DNA of 64,000 bases, from positions 64,001 through 128,000 of the forward strand of contig CAYFHS010000007.1 of assembly GCA_964342815.1 (NCBI GenBank), in the 5' to 3' direction. A program made the translations under genes and the position numbers. The notes below the pieces were generated by a model, which did no database searches, was not told the DNA's origin, and saw nothing but the letters and a program-made list of their open reading frames with translations. This stretch comes from an uncultured archaeon. GTDB lineage: Archaea > Thermoplasmatota > Penumbrarchaeia > JASLWR01. How positions within the stretch are numbered: position 1 is the first letter of the stretch; each line of letters starts with the position of its first letter. Positions 54,001 through 63,790 of this stretch are shown one piece after another.

Positions 54001-54898
54001 TGAAGCCGGAAACATTGGTCGAAAAACAAACATTACCATCATGATCGACAGGGAACCGCCGCGATTATCGGCCAAACATCGTGTTGAAGGAAAAAAACTT
54101 ATTCTTGATTTATCGGCTTCGGATAATGTGGGTGAGCTTGTTTTCGATATAGATCCGGGTGACGGTTCCGGTAAGACGGAAACGGGGGAATTTCACTGGG
54201 AACGACAGTACAAGGAGGGAAATTACAGGCTGATAATCGTTTGCAGGGATGAGTCGGGCCTCACATCGAAAAAATACGTAAACTTCACTATAGAGCGTGT
54301 GATGTTGGATAATTTCTACGGGGAAAGTGGGGTGACCATTGCAGGATACCTTGCAATGGGCGGATTCATCTTTTTCATTTTTATTATTTTTATTCTGATC
54401 AAGAGAAAGCGGAAGGTGCCTGCGAAGGTGGGCCTGTTTGATAACGACACAGGACAAGCGGTGACTTGTCAAGAAGATACACCGCCGAAGAAAAGAATCC
54501 CGTCCCATAAGAGAAAGGTGGAAATGGGCCCCATGAGAGCCGAAAAAAATAAAATTCGAAAAGAAGAAAAATCCGATGAATGGGAAGAATGGATAGGTCC
54601 TGATACCAAGGTGGATGATGATCCGGCGGACGTTGGTCTGACAGACGTTCCGGAAAAAGCGGAAACACTACCAGATAAGGAAGCTGACAAGGTATCTGAT
54701 TGGCTGGAAGAAGATTTCTGGGAATGGAACGATGGGGAACCGGAGGAAACGGAGGAAACGGACGAAACCGTGGAAACCGTGGAAACCGTGGAAACCGGGG
54801 AAGAAATAGGGTGGTTGGAAGATGGAGAAAACTGGGACGATAATGATGAATTCGAGATATGGGGTTCGCAGCATTTCTCAAACGACAATAATACCTAA
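51053..54898 (+). CDS. Membrane-anchored C25 (gingipain-like) cysteine peptidase with Ig-like stalk and acidic cytoplasmic tail
   Basis: Signal peptide; LLGDLP, CDLYFMDVDG, EADIWISRI, candidate His (VHSS) and Cys (FCCSG); TM YLAMGGFIFFIFIIFILI. Confidence 0.75.
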   Translation: MRFSGNCILFFTVLFICPLLILPLNSAGIASISLEKDTASLTVNNDIKLTKNEISNALHWSNTPVTRDPWQLEYLETSPVSASGGSVDFLYSSNDLSVKPGVRYRAGRTDPSLVDLYVESDLYLLPMVNETISQYVYDKTVLGDYQIDVYSVSSISPSDFREQLHWSYINGTTGAVLLGDLPEVIFEMNDSFGGYESFPCDLYFMDVDGEWADNDSNGKMDYHGGELEADIWISRIKPSMIPTELESTLTVDYFGRVHSYFMGDLRVNHTALLYIDDDWAPWGDLYAWNISALYPEPVLVNNIADTNGGDYIDNRVTAGYEFIQVHVHSSPTVHYFAQGGNVHASQVRVAQPQSLFMNLFCCSGSDYDAVANFGATYMFFGRGLATIGSTKTGSMLNFGDFYTPLANHRSMGEAFLDWSKTTMERSREWHYGMSLQGDGLLSPKYDSIMYPPEFTDRNNGTLRVNGSTPENILIDIDITTQKGSVLDTAEYRINNGPWIGLFSEDCFDFTNDWNISKNSLSEGNNTITVRAETIFNVGTNYNLTIMKDTLAPANIVMKVEDGTGYVNERDVILGVNAWDVSGLDMMSTSTDGINWAPWVKYAPTMPFRLPDSEGIHDIHLRISDTFFNIEYTRIQVELDRVLPKGCNISINNGNPFTSSRNVTLTISTLENMSNLTLMSVSMLDYWLPDWIPLKEEITYELEGEEGIFQIFMKVRDRANNTSPVLSSTITYDPTPPMPVKIVANNGVLLTNDTTVHLELKAHDNTSGIDKMRFGFDGLEWNPWVNYSKDTELILPEVDGEINIYFQVLDGAGNVYDRNDVYTTLILDTTPPISDVIPSNPPDGSNGWYVTIPNIEIEHNGIAAYYRLDDNNFIFYEGPITLKEGESVLNYYSVDMAGNSEKINKKTFKVDTIPPVYGVNEICRTEKNLQGWYHDEVVLEFSSEITPMSRESIRLETPALVDLTGSRFTIDVDGINFIQYWALDEAGNIGRKTNITIMIDREPPRLSAKHRVEGKKLILDLSASDNVGELVFDIDPGDGSGKTETGEFHWERQYKEGNYRLIIVCRDESGLTSKKYVNFTIERVMLDNFYGESGVTIAGYLAMGGFIFFIFIIFILIKRKRKVPAKVGLFDNDTGQAVTCQEDTPPKKRIPSHKRKVEMGPMRAEKNKIRKEEKSDEWEEWIGPDTKVDDDPADVGLTDVPEKAETLPDKEADKVSDWLEEDFWEWNDGEPEETEETDETVETVETVETGEEIGWLEDGENWDDNDEFEIWGSQHFSNDNNT
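54746..54799 (+). repeat. 9-bp tandem repeat encoding ET(E/D/V/G)
   Basis: GAAACGGAG, GAAACGGAC, GAAACCGTG x3 (54764-54790), GAAACCGGG. Confidence 0.85.
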
Positions 54899-54905
54899 TC
54901 TATTT

Positions 54906-55094
54906 TTATTTGAAACATCCCAACATACAACTGTTAATCTTTATTCCCAGTTCGGATAATATTGCAGCCATTCTGTTCGTTTCAACATCCCATTGGCCAG
55001 CCATGGCTTGAGCGTCAGGGCAGTTTATTTTCTCTTTACTGTAATTCTTCCTAAGATATTCTATTAGTCTTCTTTCCTGTGGGGTATAATCCAT
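54906..55094 (-). CDS. Small protein (62 aa) with C-terminal CMLGCF motif
   Basis: INCPDA...LGIKINSCMLGCFK; lies directly downstream of glnA on the same strand. Confidence 0.65.
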   Translation of the reverse strand: MDYTPQERRLIEYLRKNYSKEKINCPDAQAMAGQWDVETNRMAAILSELGIKINSCMLGCFK

Positions 55095-55158
55095 AATTTC
55101 ACGTCCACTTATCTATTTATATTATTAGAGTTAATCAATCGCCAGGCTCTTTTCTGTT

Positions 55159-56643
55159 TTATGAACAATGTAGGAATCTATTTGCGATCTCTCTCAATGT
55201 ATCTTTGTCGTCTCGAATTCTCCTGCTCAATTCTTCATCTCCGAAGTCCATTAAGGATTGGGCCACTGCATCGAGCATGTATGATGGGAATACGCCATGG
55301 CGTTGATATTCTTCTCTGTTTTCTAATATTCTATCCGCTGACTCTTTGCAGGAGCCAGGTAGTTGGGGTAAATTTTTCCTTTTTTCCCCAAAGCTCTTAG
55401 AAAAAATATTTTCTTCAATGTATAGGTTTTCCGCCAATTCCAGAGCGTCGTTCATCTCCAGCCCAATTCTTGCGGCTACCGCCATCCCAGCCAACAAAAG
55501 GTGGATATTGGCAGAGCCGTCCGGTGCCCGGAACTCAATGGTCTGCCTGTGCTTTACACAAGGAATTCCCCCCCTATCACCGGGATTGGCCTTTCTCACC
55601 ATTTCATGAACGTTTTTCCCGCTCAACGGGAGCCTTACAAGTACTGAACGGTTCCGATCGCCCCAACATACATTTGTAGGAGCTTCCTGATTGGGTACCA
55701 TTCTCATGTAGGAAACCGGTACGGTGTTTCCAAAAGCGCATAGGGACGGTGCGAGACTCAGGAGACCCGCAATAACTTTCTTAGCCTCCGCGCTCAATTC
55801 ATCTCCACGCAACATAATGTTTTGATCTTCCCTCATAAGTTTTGTATGGATGTGAAGTCCGTTTCCAGCCAAATCCATGATTATTTTTGGTACGAAACTC
55901 ACAGTGACCCCGTACCTATATGCTAAAGATCTCAGTATCCATTTGGCTAGGACAATTTGATCCGCGGCATCTTCAATAGGCCCCAGGCTGAATTCGATCT
56001 CATGCTGTTCAATGTCAACATCATCGAGAGATACATATCCCACCTCGGAATGCCCGTATCTTATTCGACCGCCAGCCTGTGTGATCAACTTCATTGCCTC
56101 GCAGCGCAGTTTTTCCCATTTGATGAATGGTGTTGACCCGCTGTAACCTTTCTGTGTTGGATTGGGGTATAGATCAACTTTTTCGGATATAATGTAAAAC
56201 TCCAACTCGGCCATAGCTTCTATGCTTAGGCCGGTCTTTTCCTTGAATACTGTGTGTGCCTTTGCCAAAATGTTACCGGGTGAGCCCCAAAAAGGTTCCC
56301 CTTCGTTTGTGTAATATGTGCATAATAGGTCAACGGCGGGGATGGAGCTAAAAGGATTTACATAAGCGGTCCCGTAGCGGGGAATTACGTAGAGATCGCT
56401 TGAGGCCGCACCGACATAGGGAAAAATGCTGGAACCGTCCACTCTCTCCCCCGCTGAGAGTATACGTTCCAGTTCCTCCCTGCTCGAGATAATGAAGTTT
56501 AGAGTCTTCAACCTGCCGTCACCACCAACAAAACGGAAATTAATCATCTCGTAATTGTTATCCATGATAAATTTGACCAGATCATTCCTGGAAAAGGCCG
56601 AGGAAGGTTTCCCAAGGTACCTGACTATCTCATTGGAATTCAT
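55159..56643 (-). CDS. glnA: Glutamine synthetase family protein (type I)
   Basis: VDGSSI, AELEFY, HSEVG, EQHEIEF, FVPK...GNGLHIH, WGDRNRS.LVRLP, IEFRAPDGSAN. Confidence 0.88.
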   Translation of the reverse strand: MNSNEIVRYLGKPSSAFSRNDLVKFIMDNNYEMINFRFVGGDGRLKTLNFIISSREELERILSAGERVDGSSIFPYVGAASSDLYVIPRYGTAYVNPFSSIPAVDLLCTYYTNEGEPFWGSPGNILAKAHTVFKEKTGLSIEAMAELEFYIISEKVDLYPNPTQKGYSGSTPFIKWEKLRCEAMKLITQAGGRIRYGHSEVGYVSLDDVDIEQHEIEFSLGPIEDAADQIVLAKWILRSLAYRYGVTVSFVPKIIMDLAGNGLHIHTKLMREDQNIMLRGDELSAEAKKVIAGLLSLAPSLCAFGNTVPVSYMRMVPNQEAPTNVCWGDRNRSVLVRLPLSGKNVHEMVRKANPGDRGGIPCVKHRQTIEFRAPDGSANIHLLLAGMAVAARIGLEMNDALELAENLYIEENIFSKSFGEKRKNLPQLPGSCKESADRILENREEYQRHGVFPSYMLDAVAQSLMDFGDEELSRRIRDDKDTLREIANRFLHCS

Positions 56644-57014
56644 GGATATGGAGTCTTGTTTCGTTTACTCAACCGCCTTTATTTGCGTCCTTTACTTATG
56701 CAGTAATTGTTAAGAAAATCAAGTGAATAATATAAAAACAGTTGTTAATTTATTTTTAAAATTGAAAGAGATATGAAACGATGGATTATTATCACAAAAA
56801 AAATTTCCCTTTCACCAATACAACTTTTCTATTTGTTACTTCATTAATCTAACCCCTATACTATGCATAATCATAGATAATTTTATTATAACCACCAATA
56901 ACCGAGCGCCCTTTCTCAGGATATGATAACGGAGAGTAATTATAAAATAACAAGAAGTAATTTATCCTTACAGATATTCTCCCTGGAACTGATTGGAATT
57001 TAGAGGTGACAATT

Positions 57015-57248
57015 ATGAGTATAGAAACCCTGATGGAACTTGAAAAAAAGATCGTAAGATATATTGACGAAGTTGTAGAGGACGAGATCATCGATGTGGA
57101 CGAGGTTGTAAAACTGGCAAAGTACGCAAACGAGATCACAAGAAAGATCGATGAAGACGGTATAGTGGATCCGGATGAACAGGTAGTTTATGACCGGGTC
57201 TCGGGAAAGTTACGGGAATTATTCTTGAAATACGATATCGAAGGATAG
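57015..57248 (+). CDS. Small acidic protein with two EF-hand/TerB-like loops
   Basis: GAGGTGA RBS before ATG 57015; EDEIIDVDE and DEDGIVDPDE. Confidence 0.65.
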   Translation: MSIETLMELEKKIVRYIDEVVEDEIIDVDEVVKLAKYANEITRKIDEDGIVDPDEQVVYDRVSGKLRELFLKYDIEG

Positions 57249-57598
57249 ACGGTATAATAAACTCATTAGATTAGCCTATACATCGAGGATCTGTTTCACG
57301 GGTCCACCACAGGTATAGGTAACATGAGGGCTTCCGTGGGGGTGTTTTATGGCGGCCCCAATGATTATATTCTATGTAGGACGGGATTTTGAATTCCGCA
57401 GAATAAGTCCTATTGGGCCTTCATAAATAATTCGGATATTTGGAATCTACCAGTACCCCCGATTTCCACCGGAAATCTATTGGCGGCGATTCCACGAACG
57501 TTGTCGAGCTTCAGACCCTTGACAATATATAGATATTCCATACGGCTTTTCTGAGGGAAAGTATTATAATATGGGTTCACAGATATTTTTGTGATTTT

Positions 57599-60223
57599 AT
57601 GAATCCCGAGAAACCCACGGAAGAGGAAATTTCCAGGTTTTTAAAAAAGATCGATCACTGGAAAGAACTGGGTTTCGAAACAGACGGATTGGAACTGCTT
57701 TTAAGGAACGATTTTGCCAAGTTCAAGGAGAGAAAACTCCAGATACTTGCAGGGCAGATCTCGGAAATGGGTGCTTCAGAAATAAAAGATCGTGGAGAGG
57801 GGAATGAGGGACAGCAACCAAAAAGTGAAATTATTTCAAGCCCTGCGGTTGATCAGGCTGATCTTCCCGTCGTTGAAAATGAATCATTTGATCGCTCTGA
57901 TTCAATTGAACTCCCTCCAGAATCCATTCTATCCATAAGTACTGATGATATGGATGATGAAGGGGGAAGGAATCAGAGACCGGATATGGGAAACGGAACT
58001 CATGGTATTTCTGATTTTACCGATACAGTCGAAGACAAGCAGTACGAAGAGGAGATGGAGGAGTCCGAAAAGGATTTCCTTCTGGTTGGTAAACCAAAAC
58101 GCGAAAGCAGGACCTCTGAAGAGATTGTTGAGGGAGTAATCATACTGGATAATGTGGAGGAACCAGAGGAGGACGACCGGTATAACTATTATGATATTCC
58201 ACCCCCTATGCCCATCAAGCCAGAAACGAAAATAATACCCTCTCGAGATAGTAACACCGGCCGAAAGCGCCGGGAGCCCGATCACCGGAAGAGAGATACG
58301 GTGATCGCCGTAGCTGTCATGCTTGTACTGGTCCTAGCCGGTATGGGTATCCTGAAACCCGAGCTCTTCGATTTGCCGGATATTGGCTGGTCCAACGGGA
58401 ACTCTCCCGACCCGGGAAAACCCAAGATTACCATTACTGAACCGATGAACGATGCAACGTTCCAGGCTGGCCAGCTCATCACGTTTGCAGCCAAGGTCGA
58501 TTATCCCAACGGCAAGATCGATAGTTATGAATGGGATTTCGGAGACAGCAGTAATGCAAAAGGCAGCTCCGTAACCCATTTCTACACTCCGACCAATGAT
58601 CAACATTTTCAAGTGAAATTCTCGGTGAAGGTCGCCACGGGGGAAACCTATGAGGAGAAGGTCTCGGTGAGAGTGAAACCTATGACGGTGGTACTACCGG
58701 AGAATAAAGATGGGCTAGCCGCTTCGTATGATCTTTTATCCAATGTTTTGTTCCAGGATCCCGAAGGAATCAATATGTTCTCCGACGAGGCGAACGACAT
58801 CTCGGTCACGGAAGTTGAACTCCAGGGGTTCGGTACGCAAGAAGTTGAATACAGTATCCCGGCTGAAGAGGTGTACGATGGATTCCTCCTAAAGCACTCA
58901 GTCTACTTGAGAGAAGTAAATATCGCTCAGAACCTCAAGGGAAACGCCACCATCGCCTACTCCAATATTTTCGGGCAGAACACCGAGATTAAAACGCGCT
59001 TGTCCGGAAAAGCCGATATGGATAATTCCAACCATTACGACCTCACGACCCACGAACCTGTACAAAGCGAGCTGAAGAGCTCTCTTGAGCTGTACTCCGA
59101 TCTGGACGAGGACACACCGTACAGTATGGTAGACGATATAAGCAATTACCAGGATTTTTCCGTACCATCCATGAACATCGATCTCACGGAGATCAGGGAA
59201 AACCGAACCTTTCGCGTGGGGGACGGAGAACCCGGCGGAGTTGGCAATCTCCATTACATGTGGAGTATCAAGAAGATCGACAATGTAGCCGGAATTCCTA
59301 CACTCCTTGTCGATGTAAAGATGGACCGGGAGCTTTTAAGCTCCTACGGGATAAGCGACCACACCATTCATCTGTGGATCGCTGACGGAAAAGCGCTTCC
59401 ACTCAAATACGACATGATAATAGTGCAGCAGGACGGAGGGGAGTTATTCTCTCTCGCTCTTACCGGGACCATGAAGCTGTCCTCCTACTCAGCGGGAACC
59501 GAACTGATATCCGATCTCAACTGTCCCCATGAATTCAACGATACCAGCCATCATGCCTCCCGGAGGGACGAGATAGAGCCCATAATGGAAGCTGATTTCA
59601 ACGAGATTGATTATATTCCCTCCGCCGGAAATGATACCAATAATTTTAATGATTTCACCATCGAAGATGCTATGCAGCGGGTAAGTACAGACAGTACCTT
59701 CATCAGTTATATAACGGAACACGACGAGGCCTTCAGTATCGATTCCAGGTGCAATGTCACAGGCGGAAGAACTCTATGGAATATAACCTTCGGCGAGATG
59801 GGATCCAGCTCGGGGCTGAACTTTCTCGTGTATGACGATGGGGGGATATCCTCCAAAACGGTAAAGGTAACGGAGGTGAACCTCGATACGAGGAATATTG
59901 GAGAGGTATTGAGTTATGGCGGCAGTTTATATGTTTTCCAGGAGCATACCGGTATCCGAGACATTTTCTTCCCGAATGGCCGGCTCGATCTCACCGAGAC
60001 CATGGCAGGTGCCGGCACCCGACTCCCCACGCTGTCCGCGGAGGCGTTCTATACCGGGAATGTCAACAATCTGGATTTCGGTTTTTTCCTTTCGGCAGGC
60101 TCGCAGACGGGTCAAGCCACAAATGAGAAGATAGCGGTTCTGAACGGGAGGACGGGACAGATACTGTATATTATGGAACACATGGAAACCATGCCGTCAC
60201 TGGACACGGTTCTGTTGATCTGA
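57599..60223 (+). CDS. Type II membrane protein: acidic cytoplasmic N-terminus, single TM, PKD domain, large extracellular domain
   Basis: TM VIAVAVMLVLVLAGMGIL; PKD motif SYEWDFGD...VTHFY. Confidence 0.75.
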   Translation: MNPEKPTEEEISRFLKKIDHWKELGFETDGLELLLRNDFAKFKERKLQILAGQISEMGASEIKDRGEGNEGQQPKSEIISSPAVDQADLPVVENESFDRSDSIELPPESILSISTDDMDDEGGRNQRPDMGNGTHGISDFTDTVEDKQYEEEMEESEKDFLLVGKPKRESRTSEEIVEGVIILDNVEEPEEDDRYNYYDIPPPMPIKPETKIIPSRDSNTGRKRREPDHRKRDTVIAVAVMLVLVLAGMGILKPELFDLPDIGWSNGNSPDPGKPKITITEPMNDATFQAGQLITFAAKVDYPNGKIDSYEWDFGDSSNAKGSSVTHFYTPTNDQHFQVKFSVKVATGETYEEKVSVRVKPMTVVLPENKDGLAASYDLLSNVLFQDPEGINMFSDEANDISVTEVELQGFGTQEVEYSIPAEEVYDGFLLKHSVYLREVNIAQNLKGNATIAYSNIFGQNTEIKTRLSGKADMDNSNHYDLTTHEPVQSELKSSLELYSDLDEDTPYSMVDDISNYQDFSVPSMNIDLTEIRENRTFRVGDGEPGGVGNLHYMWSIKKIDNVAGIPTLLVDVKMDRELLSSYGISDHTIHLWIADGKALPLKYDMIIVQQDGGELFSLALTGTMKLSSYSAGTELISDLNCPHEFNDTSHHASRRDEIEPIMEADFNEIDYIPSAGNDTNNFNDFTIEDAMQRVSTDSTFISYITEHDEAFSIDSRCNVTGGRTLWNITFGEMGSSSGLNFLVYDDGGISSKTVKVTEVNLDTRNIGEVLSYGGSLYVFQEHTGIRDIFFPNGRLDLTETMAGAGTRLPTLSAEAFYTGNVNNLDFGFFLSAGSQTGQATNEKIAVLNGRTGQILYIMEHMETMPSLDTVLLI

Positions 60224-60269
60224 GGACAGAGATTTCACTTATTTGCACCAAAAGTACAGGAGAGAATGG

Positions 60270-62009
60270 ATGACGAAAATCAATCTGGCCGAAAAATACC
60301 GCCCCCTAAGCCTTGAGGAAGTCATGGGCAATACCAAGATAAAGACTGAAATGAAGGCATGGGCCCAGACATGGAAACGGATCGCGCCAAGTTGGAAAGG
60401 TTTTAGTTCACTGGACAAGAACGACGAGCTTGTACGGGGCGAGAGGGGATTCCGCCCTGCGTTGGTCCTTGCGGGACTGCCTGGCATTGGAAAGACCACC
60501 TGCGCTCACGCCCTGGCAAGAGAAATGGGTTGGGATGTGATAGAGCTTAACGCCTCGGATGCCAGGAACCGAACTCGGATAAGGGATGTGGTGACGAGAG
60601 GAGCCTTGAACCAGGTATTGAGTTTCGATGAGGACGGATCATTCAAGAGCTATAACGACGGTAACATGACCCTTATCATTCTTGATGAAGCAGACAATCT
60701 TTATGATCGGAGCAAGGATGGTGGGGATGATCAGGTAGAGGATTTTTCAGACCGGGGTGGGAAAGACGAGATCATCAAAGCGATACAATTGACCCGTCAC
60801 CCGATACTATTGATCGTGAACGACTGGTACAAGCTCATGGGTCCAAGGGGAGGAGCGCTGCATTCGTGTACCAGGACCATTAGATTCCGCGAACCTACGA
60901 AGGACATGATCAAGAAGGTCCTGGTAAGGATATTGAGAAATGAGGGGATACGGGCACAACCGGCGGTAATAGATATAATCGCTGCAAGGGCCAAAGGAGA
61001 TGTCCGTGGAGCAATCAATGACCTCGAGAGTCTTCTGATAGGTCGAAATGAGATCACCATGGAAAATATATCAGCCTTCGACCGTCACAGGGACAAGAAA
61101 AAAAAGATCTTTGATCTGATGAAGACCATCCTGCTGGAACTGGACATGAACCGCGCGATAAAATCTCTCTGGGAAGCAGATGAGAGTATTGGAATGGTCC
61201 TTGAATGGGTTGCTGAGAATATACCTCGAGTCTATAACGACAAAGAGGAACTGGCCCTTGGAATGGAAATGATCTCGAAGGCGGATGTGTTCGAGGGGCG
61301 GATACTGCGGCATCAGTATTACCGATACAGGCGGTATATTGGTCAGCTTATTACCGGCGGTGTGTGCATAGCCAAGAGACGAAGGCACGGATGGAGCAAG
61401 ATGCAGTTCCCGGAGCACATCAAGAACATGTCCCGTACGAAAAGAAAACGGCGGGTGGAAAGGACCCTTGCACGAAAGATATCTAGGAAGCTCCATGTGT
61501 CCACGGGATATGCAATTTCCGTTTTCGTACCCTACTGGAGGATAATGGCAAAGTCGGATAACCGACTGGTGTTCAATACTATATACGAAATGGGTCTCGA
61601 TAGCTACGAGTCCGCTGCATTGATGGACCGGGATAACGTCAGATGGCTTTGGAAGCAGTACCTCGAATACCAGAAGAATCGAATTCGTGATTCAATTGGG
61701 GGCGGTGTAAAGGCCGACGCCGACGAAGCCACCAAGCTCAAAAAAATCTCCTCGGTCATGAAAGATGATGAAGAATCACCACAGTTGGAAGTTCAGCGAA
61801 AAATTCGTAAAAACCATGATCCTGCAGTGTCATTAATTCCTGAAAGCCCGGGTTCCTCCGAACCCGTTTCTATCAAAATCCCCGATCTGTCCGAACCCCC
61901 TACTCTCGAAGTGGCTGATCCCGCCAAACCGGAAAGCGGCACACGTGAGAAGAAAAAGGATAAAAAAGAGAAAAAAGACGCACAAATTTCTCTGGACAGC
62001 TTTTTCTAG
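60270..62009 (+). CDS. rfcL: Replication factor C large subunit
   Basis: AEKYRP, GLPGIGKTT, IELNASD, IILDEAD, GDVRGAINDLE, WVAENIP; Lys/Glu-rich tail ending in PIP-like QISLDSFF. Confidence 0.93.
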   Translation: MTKINLAEKYRPLSLEEVMGNTKIKTEMKAWAQTWKRIAPSWKGFSSLDKNDELVRGERGFRPALVLAGLPGIGKTTCAHALAREMGWDVIELNASDARNRTRIRDVVTRGALNQVLSFDEDGSFKSYNDGNMTLIILDEADNLYDRSKDGGDDQVEDFSDRGGKDEIIKAIQLTRHPILLIVNDWYKLMGPRGGALHSCTRTIRFREPTKDMIKKVLVRILRNEGIRAQPAVIDIIAARAKGDVRGAINDLESLLIGRNEITMENISAFDRHRDKKKKIFDLMKTILLELDMNRAIKSLWEADESIGMVLEWVAENIPRVYNDKEELALGMEMISKADVFEGRILRHQYYRYRRYIGQLITGGVCIAKRRRHGWSKMQFPEHIKNMSRTKRKRRVERTLARKISRKLHVSTGYAISVFVPYWRIMAKSDNRLVFNTIYEMGLDSYESAALMDRDNVRWLWKQYLEYQKNRIRDSIGGGVKADADEATKLKKISSVMKDDEESPQLEVQRKIRKNHDPAVSLIPESPGSSEPVSIKIPDLSEPPTLEVADPAKPESGTREKKKDKKEKKDAQISLDSFF

Positions 62010-63664
62010 TCTTTTTTCAACTTGGAAACTAACACGATCAGTATGAGGACTGCCGCCACTATTACAGCAGCGACTATCATTCCCGTGCTTAATTCGCCTT
62101 CCGCCGCAGAAGGATCCGCCCCAAAATGGGGTATTTCCTCTCCGTGGCTCCAGCTAATGGTGGTCCCGTTGATTTCCGCGGTAATTTCAATTCCCGCAGG
62201 GAGGTTTGCAGCAGAGGTCAATTCGAAGGCGGCGTATCCCAAACCGTCCGTTTTCGCGTTATAAACAGTCCCATTCAGTGAGAAGGCGACCCCGACATCT
62301 GATAACGGTTTCCCTTCCAAATTCGTTATAGGCCCTATGTCTATCCTCCTTAGAAGACGTAGGGTTCCAAGCGAACTGTCTGAATTCGTTATGGCGATGG
62401 TCCGGGTTTGAGTTGAGTATCCTTCCAGGCTTAATGTAAGTGTGTAGTTTCCCTCCGAAAGGCCGTCCATGGTGAAATTCCCGCTGCTTGCATTCACTGT
62501 TAGCTCGGAATATCCAATTTTAACCTTGGTGGTAGTTGGCAGGACCCTGCCCGTGATCTTGTAAAGAATGATCTGCGTTATCATGGTGAAATTTATTTCC
62601 CTGAGCTCGATGGAAAATGAAAGTACGGTTGGAGTATCCACATACCCCTCTGCGCTTGCAACAACTGTCCAGTTACCCGGTGGAATGCCTTCCAGCATAT
62701 AGTATCCGGTAGAATTGCTGCGTGCCGTGAGATTTTTATATTCCCTTTGCGTTTCATTTGTGACGTTCCCGGTGATATTATCTACAATGACCGTGTCCGT
62801 GTAGGTTACAACAACAATTGTTGCATCGGCCACGGGATCTCCGTTTACGGAAAGTATTAATCCTCCGAGCTCCCCGGTTGTGTCGGGAGGTATTTCCGGT
62901 ACCCACGCAACCAGCGTGAATTTCTTTTCAACATTGTTGTCGATGGTCAGCAGCTTAAATTTGAATTTTTCCGAATCGAAGAAACCGGTGGCATTCACTT
63001 TTACGAAGTACGGCTCTTCCACTATTGGCAGGGTTTGGGTGTAATGCCCAGTAATGTTTGCAGTGGTATTGTAATATTTGGTAGCATTAGTGTTATTGTC
63101 GTAGTAATGAATGAGGATATCAGCTTCTGGTACTGGCAAGCTATCGTTACCAAGGCCCCATGTGACCTGACCGTAAAGCTTACCCTCATCGGGAACCGGT
63201 AGAATAACATTGAATCCGGTTCCGTTCTCAACTATGGATTCATTAGCAATGGCATCGGTAACGTTGAAAGTATATGTGTAGTTGCCGGGAGTGTCGAAAC
63301 TAGACAGGTACCAGTAAGTAACACCTAAACTGGAATTGACCGCCGGGTCGAAATTCATGATGTGGTAGCTGCCGCCACCGCTGATTCCCCTTGTTACATT
63401 CGTCATGTCGAACTTTATCCGTACGTCTCCGACGTCACCGTCGGCATCGGTGTAGGTGACTGTGAAATTGATCAGGTCTCCGGTCATGATAACGTCCTCG
63501 AGTACCGTGGTATCGTTCAATGTGGGCGCATCCGCCCTTGTAGAATTTTCGTCGTAACCGCCCACGGGGCTACCTTGGGAGCATAATATCAGTACCGGCA
63601 GAATCAGCGAAAGAACCGCAAGCGTCGTTAAGAATTTTCCATTATTCATTGTCATGTTACACAC
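62006..63664 (-). CDS. Surface protein with carboxypeptidase-regulatory-like (prealbumin-fold) repeats and C-terminal TM anchor
   Basis: Signal peptide; repeated 'G.Y.L.G..PG.WTV.ASAEGY' and 'F...GLSEGNYTLTLSLEGY'; TM IVAAVIVAAVLILIVLV. Confidence 0.75.
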   Translation of the reverse strand: MCNMTMNNGKFLTTLAVLSLILPVLILCSQGSPVGGYDENSTRADAPTLNDTTVLEDVIMTGDLINFTVTYTDADGDVGDVRIKFDMTNVTRGISGGGSYHIMNFDPAVNSSLGVTYWYLSSFDTPGNYTYTFNVTDAIANESIVENGTGFNVILPVPDEGKLYGQVTWGLGNDSLPVPEADILIHYYDNNTNATKYYNTTANITGHYTQTLPIVEEPYFVKVNATGFFDSEKFKFKLLTIDNNVEKKFTLVAWVPEIPPDTTGELGGLILSVNGDPVADATIVVVTYTDTVIVDNITGNVTNETQREYKNLTARSNSTGYYMLEGIPPGNWTVVASAEGYVDTPTVLSFSIELREINFTMITQIILYKITGRVLPTTTKVKIGYSELTVNASSGNFTMDGLSEGNYTLTLSLEGYSTQTRTIAITNSDSSLGTLRLLRRIDIGPITNLEGKPLSDVGVAFSLNGTVYNAKTDGLGYAAFELTSAANLPAGIEITAEINGTTISWSHGEEIPHFGADPSAAEGELSTGMIVAAVIVAAVLILIVLVSKLKKD

Positions 63665-63790
63665 CTTTTAGCTATTTTGTTGCTAAACAATAGAATCCAT
63701 ATTTATGTTTTTTCAGCGGTTTTAAAAAAATTTTTCGGGCTTTTTATTATTATTTTAGGCTCATTTAAAGTAAATAAAAATAAGTCTATA

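Noticed and set aside
57410-57541. 43-aa minus-strand ORF MEYLYIVKGLKLDNVRG...
   Set aside because: Short, no clear RBS or recognisable motif, and it overlaps the hairpin-rich stretch.
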